Sequence record: SRR31156797_7961
Length of the DNA stretch: 48,695 nt
Reading direction: 5' to 3' (one strand)
The notes below the pieces were generated by a model. The model was not told the DNA's origin and did no database searches. It saw only the letters and a program-made list of their open reading frames with translations. A program made the translations under genes and the position numbers. This document shows positions 28,344 to 37,109 of this stretch, piece after piece; position 1 is the first letter of the stretch, and the number at the start of each line of letters is the position of its first letter.

Positions 28344-30425
28344 ATGAGCAACAACGATATGCAGGACCTTGTACAGGATTTTATTTTAGAAACTGAAGAA
28401 ATCATCGAAGCTCTTGATCACGACCTAGTTGAACTTGAAACTAGTAAAAATGATCTTGACCTCCTTAATAAAATATTCAGAGGCGCCCACACTATGAAGG
28501 GTGCATCATCTTTCCTCGGTTTCGACAAGATGAGCAACGTAACTCACCACGCTGAGGAAATCCTCAATAAACTGAGAAAAAATGAGATCACAGTAACACC
28601 TGAGATCATGGATATCCTTCTTGAGTTCGTAGATGCTACAAAAGGAATTGTCGTAGACATTAAAGAAGGGTCAGACTCCGCTGATGTTACGGACCTCATA
28701 AACAGGCTTAAGCTTGCTAACGAAGGGAAGCTTACAGGCTCAGCAAAAGCACCATCCGGTGATGCTCCCGCTGCTGCACCTAAGAATGTTGAACAGGTTA
28801 AAAAAGCTGCCATGTCTATCGAGCAGACTATCCGTGTTGACGTTACAAGGCTAGACTCCCTGATGGAACTTGTCGGAGAACTTGTACTTTCTCGTAACCG
28901 TATCGGTCAGATATCTGGTGACCTTGAAAAGAAATTCGAAGGCGAATTCCTCATAGAACAGCTGATGGAAACCACTTCTCAAATTGGACTTATAACGACT
29001 GAGCTCCAGCTTGCAGTTATGAAAACAAGAATGGTTCCTATCGGAAAAGTGTTTAATAAATTTCCACGTATGGTCAGAGACCTCTCACGTGATATGGTGA
29101 AAGATGTAGACCTTATCATATCCGGTGAAGAGACTGAGCTTGATAAATCTGTTGTGGAAGAGATAGGCGATCCACTTATCCACATGATTAGAAACTCTGT
29201 CGATCACGGTGTCGAAACACCTGAAATCAGAAGATCAAAAGGTAAGCCAGATAAGGGAACTGTTAACCTTTCCGCTTACCATGAAGGTAACCATATAGTT
29301 GTCGAGATCAAAGACGACGGTGCCGGAATGGACGCTGATGCTCTTAAAGTTAAAGCTATAGAGAAAGGCGTTATCACTGCTGATGAAGCGAAGAATATGG
29401 ATAATGAGGCCGCATTTGGTCTTGTGTTTAAACCAGGATTTTCGACTGCAGCTGTCATTACTGACGTTTCCGGTCGTGGTGTTGGTATGGACGTTGTTAG
29501 AACAAACATTGAAAAACTTAACGGTATTATCAATATAGAATCTGAACTCGGTCAGGGAACAAGATTCCGCCTGAAGCTGCCACTAACACTTGCAATTATT
29601 CAGGCTCTGCTTGTTGACATCTCTGGCGAAATTTTTGCAATACCTCTCGTTTCAGTTATTGAGACAGTACGCATCAAAGAGACTGAGATCCATAGCTTCG
29701 AAGGACGTGAGGTTCTTAAGCTTAGAGATTCTGTTCTCAGCCTTATCAGGCTCAACGAAATATATGAACTACAGGAATCACTTGATGACGACTTATACGT
29801 CGTTGTTGTTGGTCTGGCTGAAAAGCAGCTTGGCTTTGTAGTAAGCAAGCTTGTAGGTCAGGAAGAGGTTGTTATTAAATCTCTCGGTGAATACCTCAGC
29901 GGTAACGAAGGTATCGCTGGTGCGACAATAATGGGTGACGGTCGAGTCAGACTTATCATTGATGTTGCAGGTGTTATGGAGATTGCTCAGAAGATGCCTC
30001 GCAGATTCAGAAAGAAGAAAGCTGCTGCTACTACACAAAGAATGTCAGATAAAATCACTATACTTGTAGTTGACGATTCTGCTACTGATAGAAAGATAAT
30101 TAACAGACTCCTCTCATCCACAGGATGGATAGACAGCAAAGAGGTCACAAGCGGTAAAGATCTGCTTAAGGTTTTTGAAAAAGTTGAACCTGATATAATT
30201 ATCACAGATATCATGATGCCTGATATGGATGGTTACGAGGTAGCCAGAGCTCTCAGAGAGAAAGGTTTTGAAAAGCCTATCATCGCTATCTCAGGAAGAT
30301 CAGAAATCTCTGAAAGGAAGAAGATTTCTGCTGCAGGCATAGATGCATTTATGCTCAAACCTCTCAATTTACAGACCCTGCTGGATAAGATAGATGAACT
30401 TATGGCGAACACTAGCGATAGCTAG
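28344..30425 (+). CDS. cheA: Hybrid chemotaxis kinase CheA (Hpt-dimer-HATPase-CheW-REC)
   Basis: IFRGAHTMKG, HMIRNSVDHG, SGRGVGMDVV, CheW domain, C-terminal VVDDS...TDIMMP...KP. Confidence 0.97.
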   Translation: MSNNDMQDLVQDFILETEEIIEALDHDLVELETSKNDLDLLNKIFRGAHTMKGASSFLGFDKMSNVTHHAEEILNKLRKNEITVTPEIMDILLEFVDATKGIVVDIKEGSDSADVTDLINRLKLANEGKLTGSAKAPSGDAPAAAPKNVEQVKKAAMSIEQTIRVDVTRLDSLMELVGELVLSRNRIGQISGDLEKKFEGEFLIEQLMETTSQIGLITTELQLAVMKTRMVPIGKVFNKFPRMVRDLSRDMVKDVDLIISGEETELDKSVVEEIGDPLIHMIRNSVDHGVETPEIRRSKGKPDKGTVNLSAYHEGNHIVVEIKDDGAGMDADALKVKAIEKGVITADEAKNMDNEAAFGLVFKPGFSTAAVITDVSGRGVGMDVVRTNIEKLNGIINIESELGQGTRFRLKLPLTLAIIQALLVDISGEIFAIPLVSVIETVRIKETEIHSFEGREVLKLRDSVLSLIRLNEIYELQESLDDDLYVVVVGLAEKQLGFVVSKLVGQEEVVIKSLGEYLSGNEGIAGATIMGDGRVRLIIDVAGVMEIAQKMPRRFRKKKAAATTQRMSDKITILVVDDSATDRKIINRLLSSTGWIDSKEVTSGKDLLKVFEKVEPDIIITDIMMPDMDGYEVARALREKGFEKPIIAISGRSEISERKKISAAGIDAFMLKPLNLQTLLDKIDELMANTSDS

Positions 30426-30717
30426 TGCTCTATTATTTTTATCTTCAACAGCATTTGCCACAGTATATGTTTATGAGGTGGTCACGAAGACCAAGCGTTT
30501 TCAGACCGCCTCAAAAATGATCCCCAGAGCTTTTCTTAGGTATCACGGCGGCGTCGATGTTGTTTACGAACTGATTATCATTGATCAATTTAAAGGTGAT
30601 AAACTTGATACAGCTATCGAAAGATACAAACTTGGAGACAAGAACTACAGGGCGCTCTCTCCTAAAGCTTCTAAGCCTAACTATTCTGATTTTTACCGTT
30701 ATCGCTGGTGGAGATAG
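30394..30717 (+). CDS. Small secreted hypothetical protein
   Basis: Signal peptide MNLWRTLAIASALLFLSSTAFA; overlaps cheA end and next gene. Confidence 0.6.
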   Translation: MNLWRTLAIASALLFLSSTAFATVYVYEVVTKTKRFQTASKMIPRAFLRYHGGVDVVYELIIIDQFKGDKLDTAIERYKLGDKNYRALSPKASKPNYSDFYRYRWWR

Positions 30718-31540
30718 CTACGCTTACTCGAAAAAGATATATAAGCTCATAGTCGCCCGTCCGGGCAGTAATGTTACCACTATTCTACGTGTTTACGCTG
30801 AAAATAGAGAAGAGGCTGTTGAAAACACTGCACTTAACAACTGGCAGATTATCAATGTAATTGAGCCTGGATCTATGGAATCTGCAGAGACAGACATGCG
30901 CGGCGCAGAATCCGGTGAAACGAGAGGAGCGGGTGACACATATAACATCATTATCGCTAAAGTCGGCGAGGGTATGGTCGAACCAGAAGGCACTGTAAAT
31001 ATTACCGAGGGTGACAGCCTAATGCTAAAGCTAACCCCGGGACCTTGTGAAAAGATTGGCGATGTCATATACAACGGTATTAAACAGGAAATCTCAGGCG
31101 ATATGCACCTCATTAATGATGTTGTGGCTAACGGCTCAGTGGTTGCTGTTTTCACTAAAAACGGAAGCCAATGTGCGGACAACGGGATACTGAGTTCAGA
31201 CCTTAAGGAGCTCAGTTCGGTATATTTCAACCTTGGCAAATACGACACTAAGCTCACAGATGAGGTGAGTAAAGTGCTTGCTGGAACTTCTGCTGAAAAA
31301 GATTACGTGGTCATTGGTCATACTGATGATGTAAAAGTCGTTCCGAATAAAGAATTTGCTGATAATTTTCAACTATCTGAAAAGAGAGCGAGATTCCTTC
31401 TGGATCACTTAATCGGCTCAGAAGTAAAAGCTGAAAATGTAAAGGTAATAGGGCTTGGTCCTGCCTTTCCAGCAGCTCCTAACAAAAAAGAGGGTCAACC
31501 TCTAAACAGGCGTGCGGTACTATATGAGCGACTCAGATAA
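30632..31540 (+). CDS. OmpA/MotB-like peptidoglycan-binding protein with InlB B-repeat-like middle domain
   Basis: GHTDD, NFQLSEKRA, NRRA; hydrophobic signal segment; start uncertain (TTG 30581 or TTG 30632). Confidence 0.85.
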   Translation: METRTTGRSLLKLLSLTILIFTVIAGGDSYAYSKKIYKLIVARPGSNVTTILRVYAENREEAVENTALNNWQIINVIEPGSMESAETDMRGAESGETRGAGDTYNIIIAKVGEGMVEPEGTVNITEGDSLMLKLTPGPCEKIGDVIYNGIKQEISGDMHLINDVVANGSVVAVFTKNGSQCADNGILSSDLKELSSVYFNLGKYDTKLTDEVSKVLAGTSAEKDYVVIGHTDDVKVVPNKEFADNFQLSEKRARFLLDHLIGSEVKAENVKVIGLGPAFPAAPNKKEGQPLNRRAVLYERLR

Positions 31541-32498
31541 AATGACCTTTCAGGACTTCTATAACATTACTGTTAAGAAGTTCTACGAACATGTCACAGA
31601 CGTAATGCACGACTTCTCCTATGCTATCCATAGGAGTCTGAAAGAGGAAGATAACAGGCGAAGAGTCGAGATCTGGCGTTCTTCTAAAAATGAAAATATC
31701 AGTGCTTTAGTTTGGATAGATGTCGTAAAAGGTGGCAGCGAGATAGATCACTATATAGCTACTGATGTCCTTCGAACCATGAACGAAGAGGGGATTACAC
31801 GTCTTTTCTTCTTCACAAATACCGACATAGACCCTGAAACAAAAGATGTCCTCGATGGTAAGGACCATTATGTTTTCACCCCTAGCGATATAATCCAAAC
31901 CATAGAAGCTCTTGAAGTAAAAAAGCTATCAAAATCTGTAAAGAAGAGGAAACACGTAAAAGTCCCTTCCGGAAGAGTAGCGATAAGAAACTATCTGAAA
32001 AATAACCCGCCAAAAGGGAAAAGAGTTTTTGTTAATACAAGTACACTATCCGATATGGCTGAAAATTATATACACCTCGCCAGAGAAACTTTTAACGAAG
32101 TTGACAGGGTCGATGATATTAACGATATGTCTCAGGATGTGAAGGATCGCTTTAAAAGACTTCAGACTAAACTTCTTCCTGAGCTTAGAAAAACATTATA
32201 TTTTAAATTTACTGAAAGATTTGATTACCTTTCTCAAACAATTTACAATATCGTCCAAAACCTTGTCATGTATCTAGGTTCACTTATTGAAATGGAATCA
32301 GAAGAGCAACTCAACACAGCTAGGGATAATGTTGAGAATGAGCTTGATATCCTTCGTAGTATTGACGAAAAGCTTGAAGAATTCTATACAGAGCAGATAA
32401 AAAAGACTCACCGAATGAGCTATAATCTTCTTTATATCTCAATTGGAATTATCTCTTTTATGACTGTTTTGTATATTATTTTGGTCAGATCCAAGTAA
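31524..32498 (+). CDS. Hypothetical protein: Mrr-like N-domain, helical stalk, C-terminal TM anchor
   Basis: Long ORF in operon; C-terminal LLYISIGIISFMTVLYIILV; ATG 31524 preferred over GTG 31512. Confidence 0.75.
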   Translation: MSDSDKMTFQDFYNITVKKFYEHVTDVMHDFSYAIHRSLKEEDNRRRVEIWRSSKNENISALVWIDVVKGGSEIDHYIATDVLRTMNEEGITRLFFFTNTDIDPETKDVLDGKDHYVFTPSDIIQTIEALEVKKLSKSVKKRKHVKVPSGRVAIRNYLKNNPPKGKRVFVNTSTLSDMAENYIHLARETFNEVDRVDDINDMSQDVKDRFKRLQTKLLPELRKTLYFKFTERFDYLSQTIYNIVQNLVMYLGSLIEMESEEQLNTARDNVENELDILRSIDEKLEEFYTEQIKKTHRMSYNLLYISIGIISFMTVLYIILVRSK

Positions 32499-32536
32499 CA
32501 TTTTCCTATATATAAATTTTTATTCTTTCAAACTGT

Positions 32537-32565
32537 TTGATTTTTACCCTGCAATGGATTAAAAT
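32537..32565 (+). promoter_or_regulatory. Probable sigma70 promoter of the PP2C-STAS-HEAT-cheR unit
   Basis: TTGATT-17 nt-TAAAAT in an AT-rich 133-nt intergenic gap. Confidence 0.55.
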
Positions 32566-32631
32566 TATTGTAGTTAATAGTCTTTAGGATTTATTAACCC
32601 ATTTTAATTAAATTTTTACACTGGATTGTGA

Positions 32632-34212
32632 GTGCTCATGGAATATAGTAGCGAAATACTTAACTTTATCAGCGAGATCGTTTTAGTTGTAAATGATAAA
32701 TATCAGATACAATATTGCAGTCCGCAGGTAAAGAACATTACTGGCAAAGGGACCGAAAAAGTTAAGGGCAAGAAATGCCATCTGGTTCTTTTTAACAAAA
32801 TGACACCTTGTGAGGACTGTCAACTTTCCAAGTTAAAAGATAATAAAATCCCAATCGATATCGAACACGACGCCATCACTCACAGAGGGTTCAGAAAACT
32901 CTTCTCTGCTAAGTTTGTAGAGCTTGAAGAGAATGTCTATGGCGAGATTCTAAGTGATATCACAAGTACCAAAAAGCTTATTGATAAGCTGACCAGACAT
33001 TCTAAAGAGCTTAAAGCATCCAACGTAATACTTAACCTGAAACGTAAAGAGACTGAGCGTGAGCACAGATTCATCCTCAGAACTATCAATTCTCTTAACG
33101 ATGGAGTAATGGTTGTAAACCCTGACCTCTCAATTAACGTCTCAAACTCCAGCCTGATAGACATTTGCAGTATCGAAGGTATGAAAACCTCTGAGATGAA
33201 GTGCTATGAGGTTTACGGATATACTGAGCAGTGTAAAGACTGCCCTCTCCTTGATCCTAAGAATACACGTGCTTTCCGTGAAGCAAACGGTAAAAAGCTT
33301 ACTGTCACTATGAATCACTTCGATAAATACATAGTTGAAAGCCTTAGAGATACTACTAAAGAACTTAAGCTTATAGATGAAATAAAAAACCAGCAGGACG
33401 TTCTCCATGAGAAACAGCGCCAGATGACACTTCTTAACGAAGACCTTCTGCGTATGAATGATAAGCTGAAGGTTGCACATAAAATTATTGATGAAGAGCT
33501 CACGCAAGTTGGTGAGATACAGTCCAGCCTCCTTCCGGAAACACTCCCTCAGATAGAGGGGTATGATTTTGGTGCTTTCTATACACCTGCAGAACATGCC
33601 GGCGGAGACTACTACGACTGTATCGAAATGAGCAACGGCTACTGGGGGCTTGGCGTGGCGGACGTATCCGGTCACGGTATCCCGGCATCTGTAATCATGG
33701 CTATAACCAGAGCTATTATGCGTTCCTACACCTATGACGTTATATCCTCATCTGAGGCTGTTGCTATGGTTAATGAAATACTTTGTGACAATATCCATAC
33801 TAACGACTTCGTTACTATGTTTTATACAGTTTTCGACTCGAAGAAAAATAAACTTAACTACGCTAGTGCCGGTCACAACCCGCTTCTCTTCTATGATAAG
33901 TCTGAAATGCTTGTCAAAAAGATATCCTGTCACGGAATGTTCCTCGGGGCATTTGACATGGTGGACTATGAAGAGGGTGAGCTTGAGATAGACACTGGCG
34001 ATATTGTTTTCCTATACACTGATGGTCTTAACGAGGCCATGAACAGAAATAGAGATCAGTACGGTTATGACCAGCTTATATCCAAGATAATGATGTTCTC
34101 TAGCCTTCCGGTTAGCGAAATGGTTGATAATATTATGGAGGATGTCCGCACATTTACACAAGGACACCCTTTTGAGGATGATATTACAATTTTAGCTTTT
34201 AAAAAACTCTAA
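32632..34212 (+). CDS. PAS-PAS-coiled coil-SpoIIE/RsbU-type PP2C phosphatase
   Basis: GGDYYD, ADVSGHGIPAS, YASAGHNP, YTDGLNE, DDIT; two PAS-like domains with Cys motifs. Confidence 0.93.
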   Translation: MLMEYSSEILNFISEIVLVVNDKYQIQYCSPQVKNITGKGTEKVKGKKCHLVLFNKMTPCEDCQLSKLKDNKIPIDIEHDAITHRGFRKLFSAKFVELEENVYGEILSDITSTKKLIDKLTRHSKELKASNVILNLKRKETEREHRFILRTINSLNDGVMVVNPDLSINVSNSSLIDICSIEGMKTSEMKCYEVYGYTEQCKDCPLLDPKNTRAFREANGKKLTVTMNHFDKYIVESLRDTTKELKLIDEIKNQQDVLHEKQRQMTLLNEDLLRMNDKLKVAHKIIDEELTQVGEIQSSLLPETLPQIEGYDFGAFYTPAEHAGGDYYDCIEMSNGYWGLGVADVSGHGIPASVIMAITRAIMRSYTYDVISSSEAVAMVNEILCDNIHTNDFVTMFYTVFDSKKNKLNYASAGHNPLLFYDKSEMLVKKISCHGMFLGAFDMVDYEEGELEIDTGDIVFLYTDGLNEAMNRNRDQYGYDQLISKIMMFSSLPVSEMVDNIMEDVRTFTQGHPFEDDITILAFKKL

Positions 34213-34225
34213 GGAGGATCTGATT

Positions 34226-34546
34226 ATGTTTGAAGTTCAAGACAAGAGTGGGAAGAAAGTAGTTTATGTTAAAGGGGAGATCAACGCTCAAACTGGTAGC
34301 GAACTTAAGAAAAATATCCTTGACCTTTTCGGCTCAGCAGACGCAGCTGTGCTGTCTTTTAAAGGTGTAGTATACATGAATAGTTCTGGTCTCAGAGAGA
34401 TCATCGACCTCCTCAAAAGCTCTAACAAGCTTAAAAAATCACTCGCGCTCTGTGATATGTCCGCAGACATCAGAGAGATGTTCACATTCACAGGTCTCGA
34501 TAAGGTATTCAAAATTTTTGATACTGAAGCACAAGCTCTGGGGTAA
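34226..34546 (+). CDS. STAS-domain anti-sigma factor antagonist (RsbV/SpoIIAA-like)
   Basis: VKGEI, V.YMNSSGL phosphorylation motif, FTFTGLDKVF; SD AAGGAGG. Confidence 0.92.
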   Translation: MFEVQDKSGKKVVYVKGEINAQTGSELKKNILDLFGSADAAVLSFKGVVYMNSSGLREIIDLLKSSNKLKKSLALCDMSADIREMFTFTGLDKVFKIFDTEAQALG

Positions 34547-34549
34547 ATT

Positions 34550-35968
34550 ATGTCATTAGAATTCGCCCAAAAAGGTGATGTTCTTAAAATAATTGTAGAT
34601 GAGGAAGTTAACGGCAAAGACCTTGAGAATGCGGCAAAGAAGCTTCTCGAGCAGAAGGATATTGCTGTGGTCAGCCTTGACCTTAAAAACTGCTTCTTCA
34701 TTCAGAGCAAGGCTCTTGCAGGACTTATCGCTTTCAAAAAGAACTCAGTGAAAATTAATGCTGAGTTCATCATAACAAACGTTTGTGAAAGCATTCTCCA
34801 AGTTCTCGAGATGGCCAACCTCTCAATGTACTTTACAATTACTGAGGATTTCAGCTCATACTTTCCGGATGAACTTGTTGAAAAGTTCTTCGAAGCAGAC
34901 TATGCGGACAGAGTCTCTGACCACATAGCTGAAAATATGGACGACACTTACCGTCAGAAACTCCTTGAGCTCATGGCGACTGACGAACCAACACTAAAAT
35001 ATTACGCTATCCTCACACTCGGTAAAGCTCACGACTACGACTCTGAGGATATGATTAAAGAGGCTCTGAACTCTGACATTCCACAAGTTGCAAAAGCTGC
35101 AATACTTGTTCTTGGCTGGTTCGGAGATACTGAAAGTAAAGAGAAGATATACTCTTTCCTCGATTTCGACCTGGAAGACATTCGTGAAGCAGCAGCAGCA
35201 TCTATCTCACTGCTATCCGATGAATCTGATGCCGAAAGACTTGGTCAGCTTCTTGTTCATAAGGACCCTTCTGTAAGAAAGGTTACTATACAAGCGCTTA
35301 CACTTATTAACGATGGAAATGCTTTTAATCTCCTCGTTAACAGGTTTAAAGAGGAAAAAGACGAAACACTTAACGCTGCTCTTGTCAGAGCGGTCTCATC
35401 TTTCAACAAAGAAGGTGTTTCAGATATCCTTATCGAAGCTCTCGGCTCTGACTTTATCAAAACGAGAGAAGCCGCTGCTAGCGGACTTGCTAAGATTAAA
35501 GCTAAAGATAAGCTCGAAGAGATTCTTAAAAGAGTTACTGACTCTGACGCATGGGTTGGATACTTCGCTGTTAAAGCTTGCGGAGAGATCTGCACTGCTG
35601 ATGAGGCGCAAAACCTCAAAGACAGCTACCCTAAGGTTGAAGAGAACGTGAAGCTAGCTATTATCGAAGCACTTGGTAAGATCGATTCAGATTTTAGTGA
35701 GTTTTACATGTCTATCCTTGATGACGAAAATGAGGACATCAGAAAAGAGGTTCTCGCCGCTCTGTTAAATGATAATAAGGAGCTCGCTATTGAAGCTGCT
35801 CAAAACCTTTTATCAGGAGACAGAAGCTGGCTTGTTCGTTACAAGGCACTCGAAATACTCGCAAGCCTTAAGCCTACCGGGTATGTCGACCTTCTCAAAG
35901 AGAGGCTGGAATCTGACGATAACAGATATGTTAAAGAAAAAATTCAAACAATTTTGGATGAGCTATGA
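34550..35968 (+). CDS. STAS-HEAT repeat fusion protein
   Basis: N-terminal LDLKNCFFIQSKALAGL...VLEMANL (STAS); repeated VR..A..AL HEAT/PBS-lyase-like units. Confidence 0.85.
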   Translation: MSLEFAQKGDVLKIIVDEEVNGKDLENAAKKLLEQKDIAVVSLDLKNCFFIQSKALAGLIAFKKNSVKINAEFIITNVCESILQVLEMANLSMYFTITEDFSSYFPDELVEKFFEADYADRVSDHIAENMDDTYRQKLLELMATDEPTLKYYAILTLGKAHDYDSEDMIKEALNSDIPQVAKAAILVLGWFGDTESKEKIYSFLDFDLEDIREAAAASISLLSDESDAERLGQLLVHKDPSVRKVTIQALTLINDGNAFNLLVNRFKEEKDETLNAALVRAVSSFNKEGVSDILIEALGSDFIKTREAAASGLAKIKAKDKLEEILKRVTDSDAWVGYFAVKACGEICTADEAQNLKDSYPKVEENVKLAIIEALGKIDSDFSEFYMSILDDENEDIRKEVLAALLNDNKELAIEAAQNLLSGDRSWLVRYKALEILASLKPTGYVDLLKERLESDDNRYVKEKIQTILDEL

Positions 35969-36795
35969 TAAACGCCGGTACAATTAAAATTAAAGATGAC
36001 GAATTTGTAGAGCTTAAAGATATCATCTACAAAAATGCCGCCATCGCCTTTGCTGACAGCAAAAAGTACCTGATAGAGAATAGACTCTCCAAAAGGCTTC
36101 AGGAGCTTAACTTCTCCAGCTTTAAGGATTATATTTACTACCTGAAATATGACCCGAAAAAGCGTGAGGAGATGGAGGTACTCCTTAACCAGGTAACAAT
36201 TAATGAGACATACTTTCTTCGTGAAAGAGCTCAGATGGATCACATGATTAAAACCGTGATCCCTGGTCTCATTGCTAAAGGTAAACGCTCAATCAGAATA
36301 TGGTCTGCAGCCTGCTCATCAGGTGAGGAACCATACTCTATTGCTATGCTTTTAAACGAAGCTGGGCTTTTCGATAAAGCTAATATCGAAATCCTCGCTA
36401 CAGATATCAATACAGAAGTTCTCGGAATAGCTCAGAATGGTGTATACAGAACCATCTCTTTCCGTGGAGTTCCACCTGCTATCCAGCAGAAATACTTCAC
36501 AAAAGACGGATTCACGTTCAAGATCGACCCTAAGATCATGAGCAGAATCAAGTTTTTCCAGGGGAACCTCTTAAGCCCTATGATTAGTGCAAAAGTAGGC
36601 AAACTTGACGCAGTATTTTGCAGAAATGTACTTATATACTTCGACATACCTGCCAAACAGAAGGTTATTGAGACTTTTCACAAGTCACTTAACACTCCTG
36701 GTGCACTTTATCTCGGTCACTCAGAGACACTTAATAAAATCTCTGATAAATTTACTATGGAGAATTTCGGAGGCGGAATAATCTATAAGAAATAG
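35965..36795 (+). CDS. cheR: Chemotaxis methyltransferase CheR
   Basis: TINETYFLRE, IWSAACSSGEEPYS, FCRNVLIYFD, LGHSE. Confidence 0.96.
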   Translation: MINAGTIKIKDDEFVELKDIIYKNAAIAFADSKKYLIENRLSKRLQELNFSSFKDYIYYLKYDPKKREEMEVLLNQVTINETYFLRERAQMDHMIKTVIPGLIAKGKRSIRIWSAACSSGEEPYSIAMLLNEAGLFDKANIEILATDINTEVLGIAQNGVYRTISFRGVPPAIQQKYFTKDGFTFKIDPKIMSRIKFFQGNLLSPMISAKVGKLDAVFCRNVLIYFDIPAKQKVIETFHKSLNTPGALYLGHSETLNKISDKFTMENFGGGIIYKK

Positions 36796-36815
36796 GCGGA
36801 TAACAACATGGGATA

Positions 36816-37109
36816 ATGCCGAGGGACATTCAGCACACACTAGGTAAGTCCTACGTAGCTGAAAAGATGCAGGATACTCAAAACAGAGCTGGCGAAAACC
36901 GACAGTTCATCGCTAATGAGTTAATGAAAGATGAGGCCGAGAAACGTGAAAAAACTGTGGCTGAATCTGAAGAGTCCGAAGGTAAAACCGTAAACGCCGA
37001 TGACCGAAACAAACAGGAACAGGAACGCAAAAAAAAGCGTGAACGAAGTAAAGAAATTGCCCGGCATCTCGAAAGGGATACCGGGCATAATATAGACTTG
37101 GAAGCATAA
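36816..37109 (+). CDS. Small charged hypothetical protein (C-terminal G.NID motif)
   Basis: Fits operon, abuts next start; ends GHNIDLEA. Confidence 0.7.
   Translation: MPRDIQHTLGKSYVAEKMQDTQNRAGENRQFIANELMKDEAEKREKTVAESEESEGKTVNADDRNKQEQERKKKRERSKEIARHLERDTGHNIDLEA

Noticed and set aside
31524-32498. Mrr-like gene as an anti-phage defence system
   Set aside because: Catalytic residues are not evident, there is no methylase or defence-island context, and it is embedded in a motility operon
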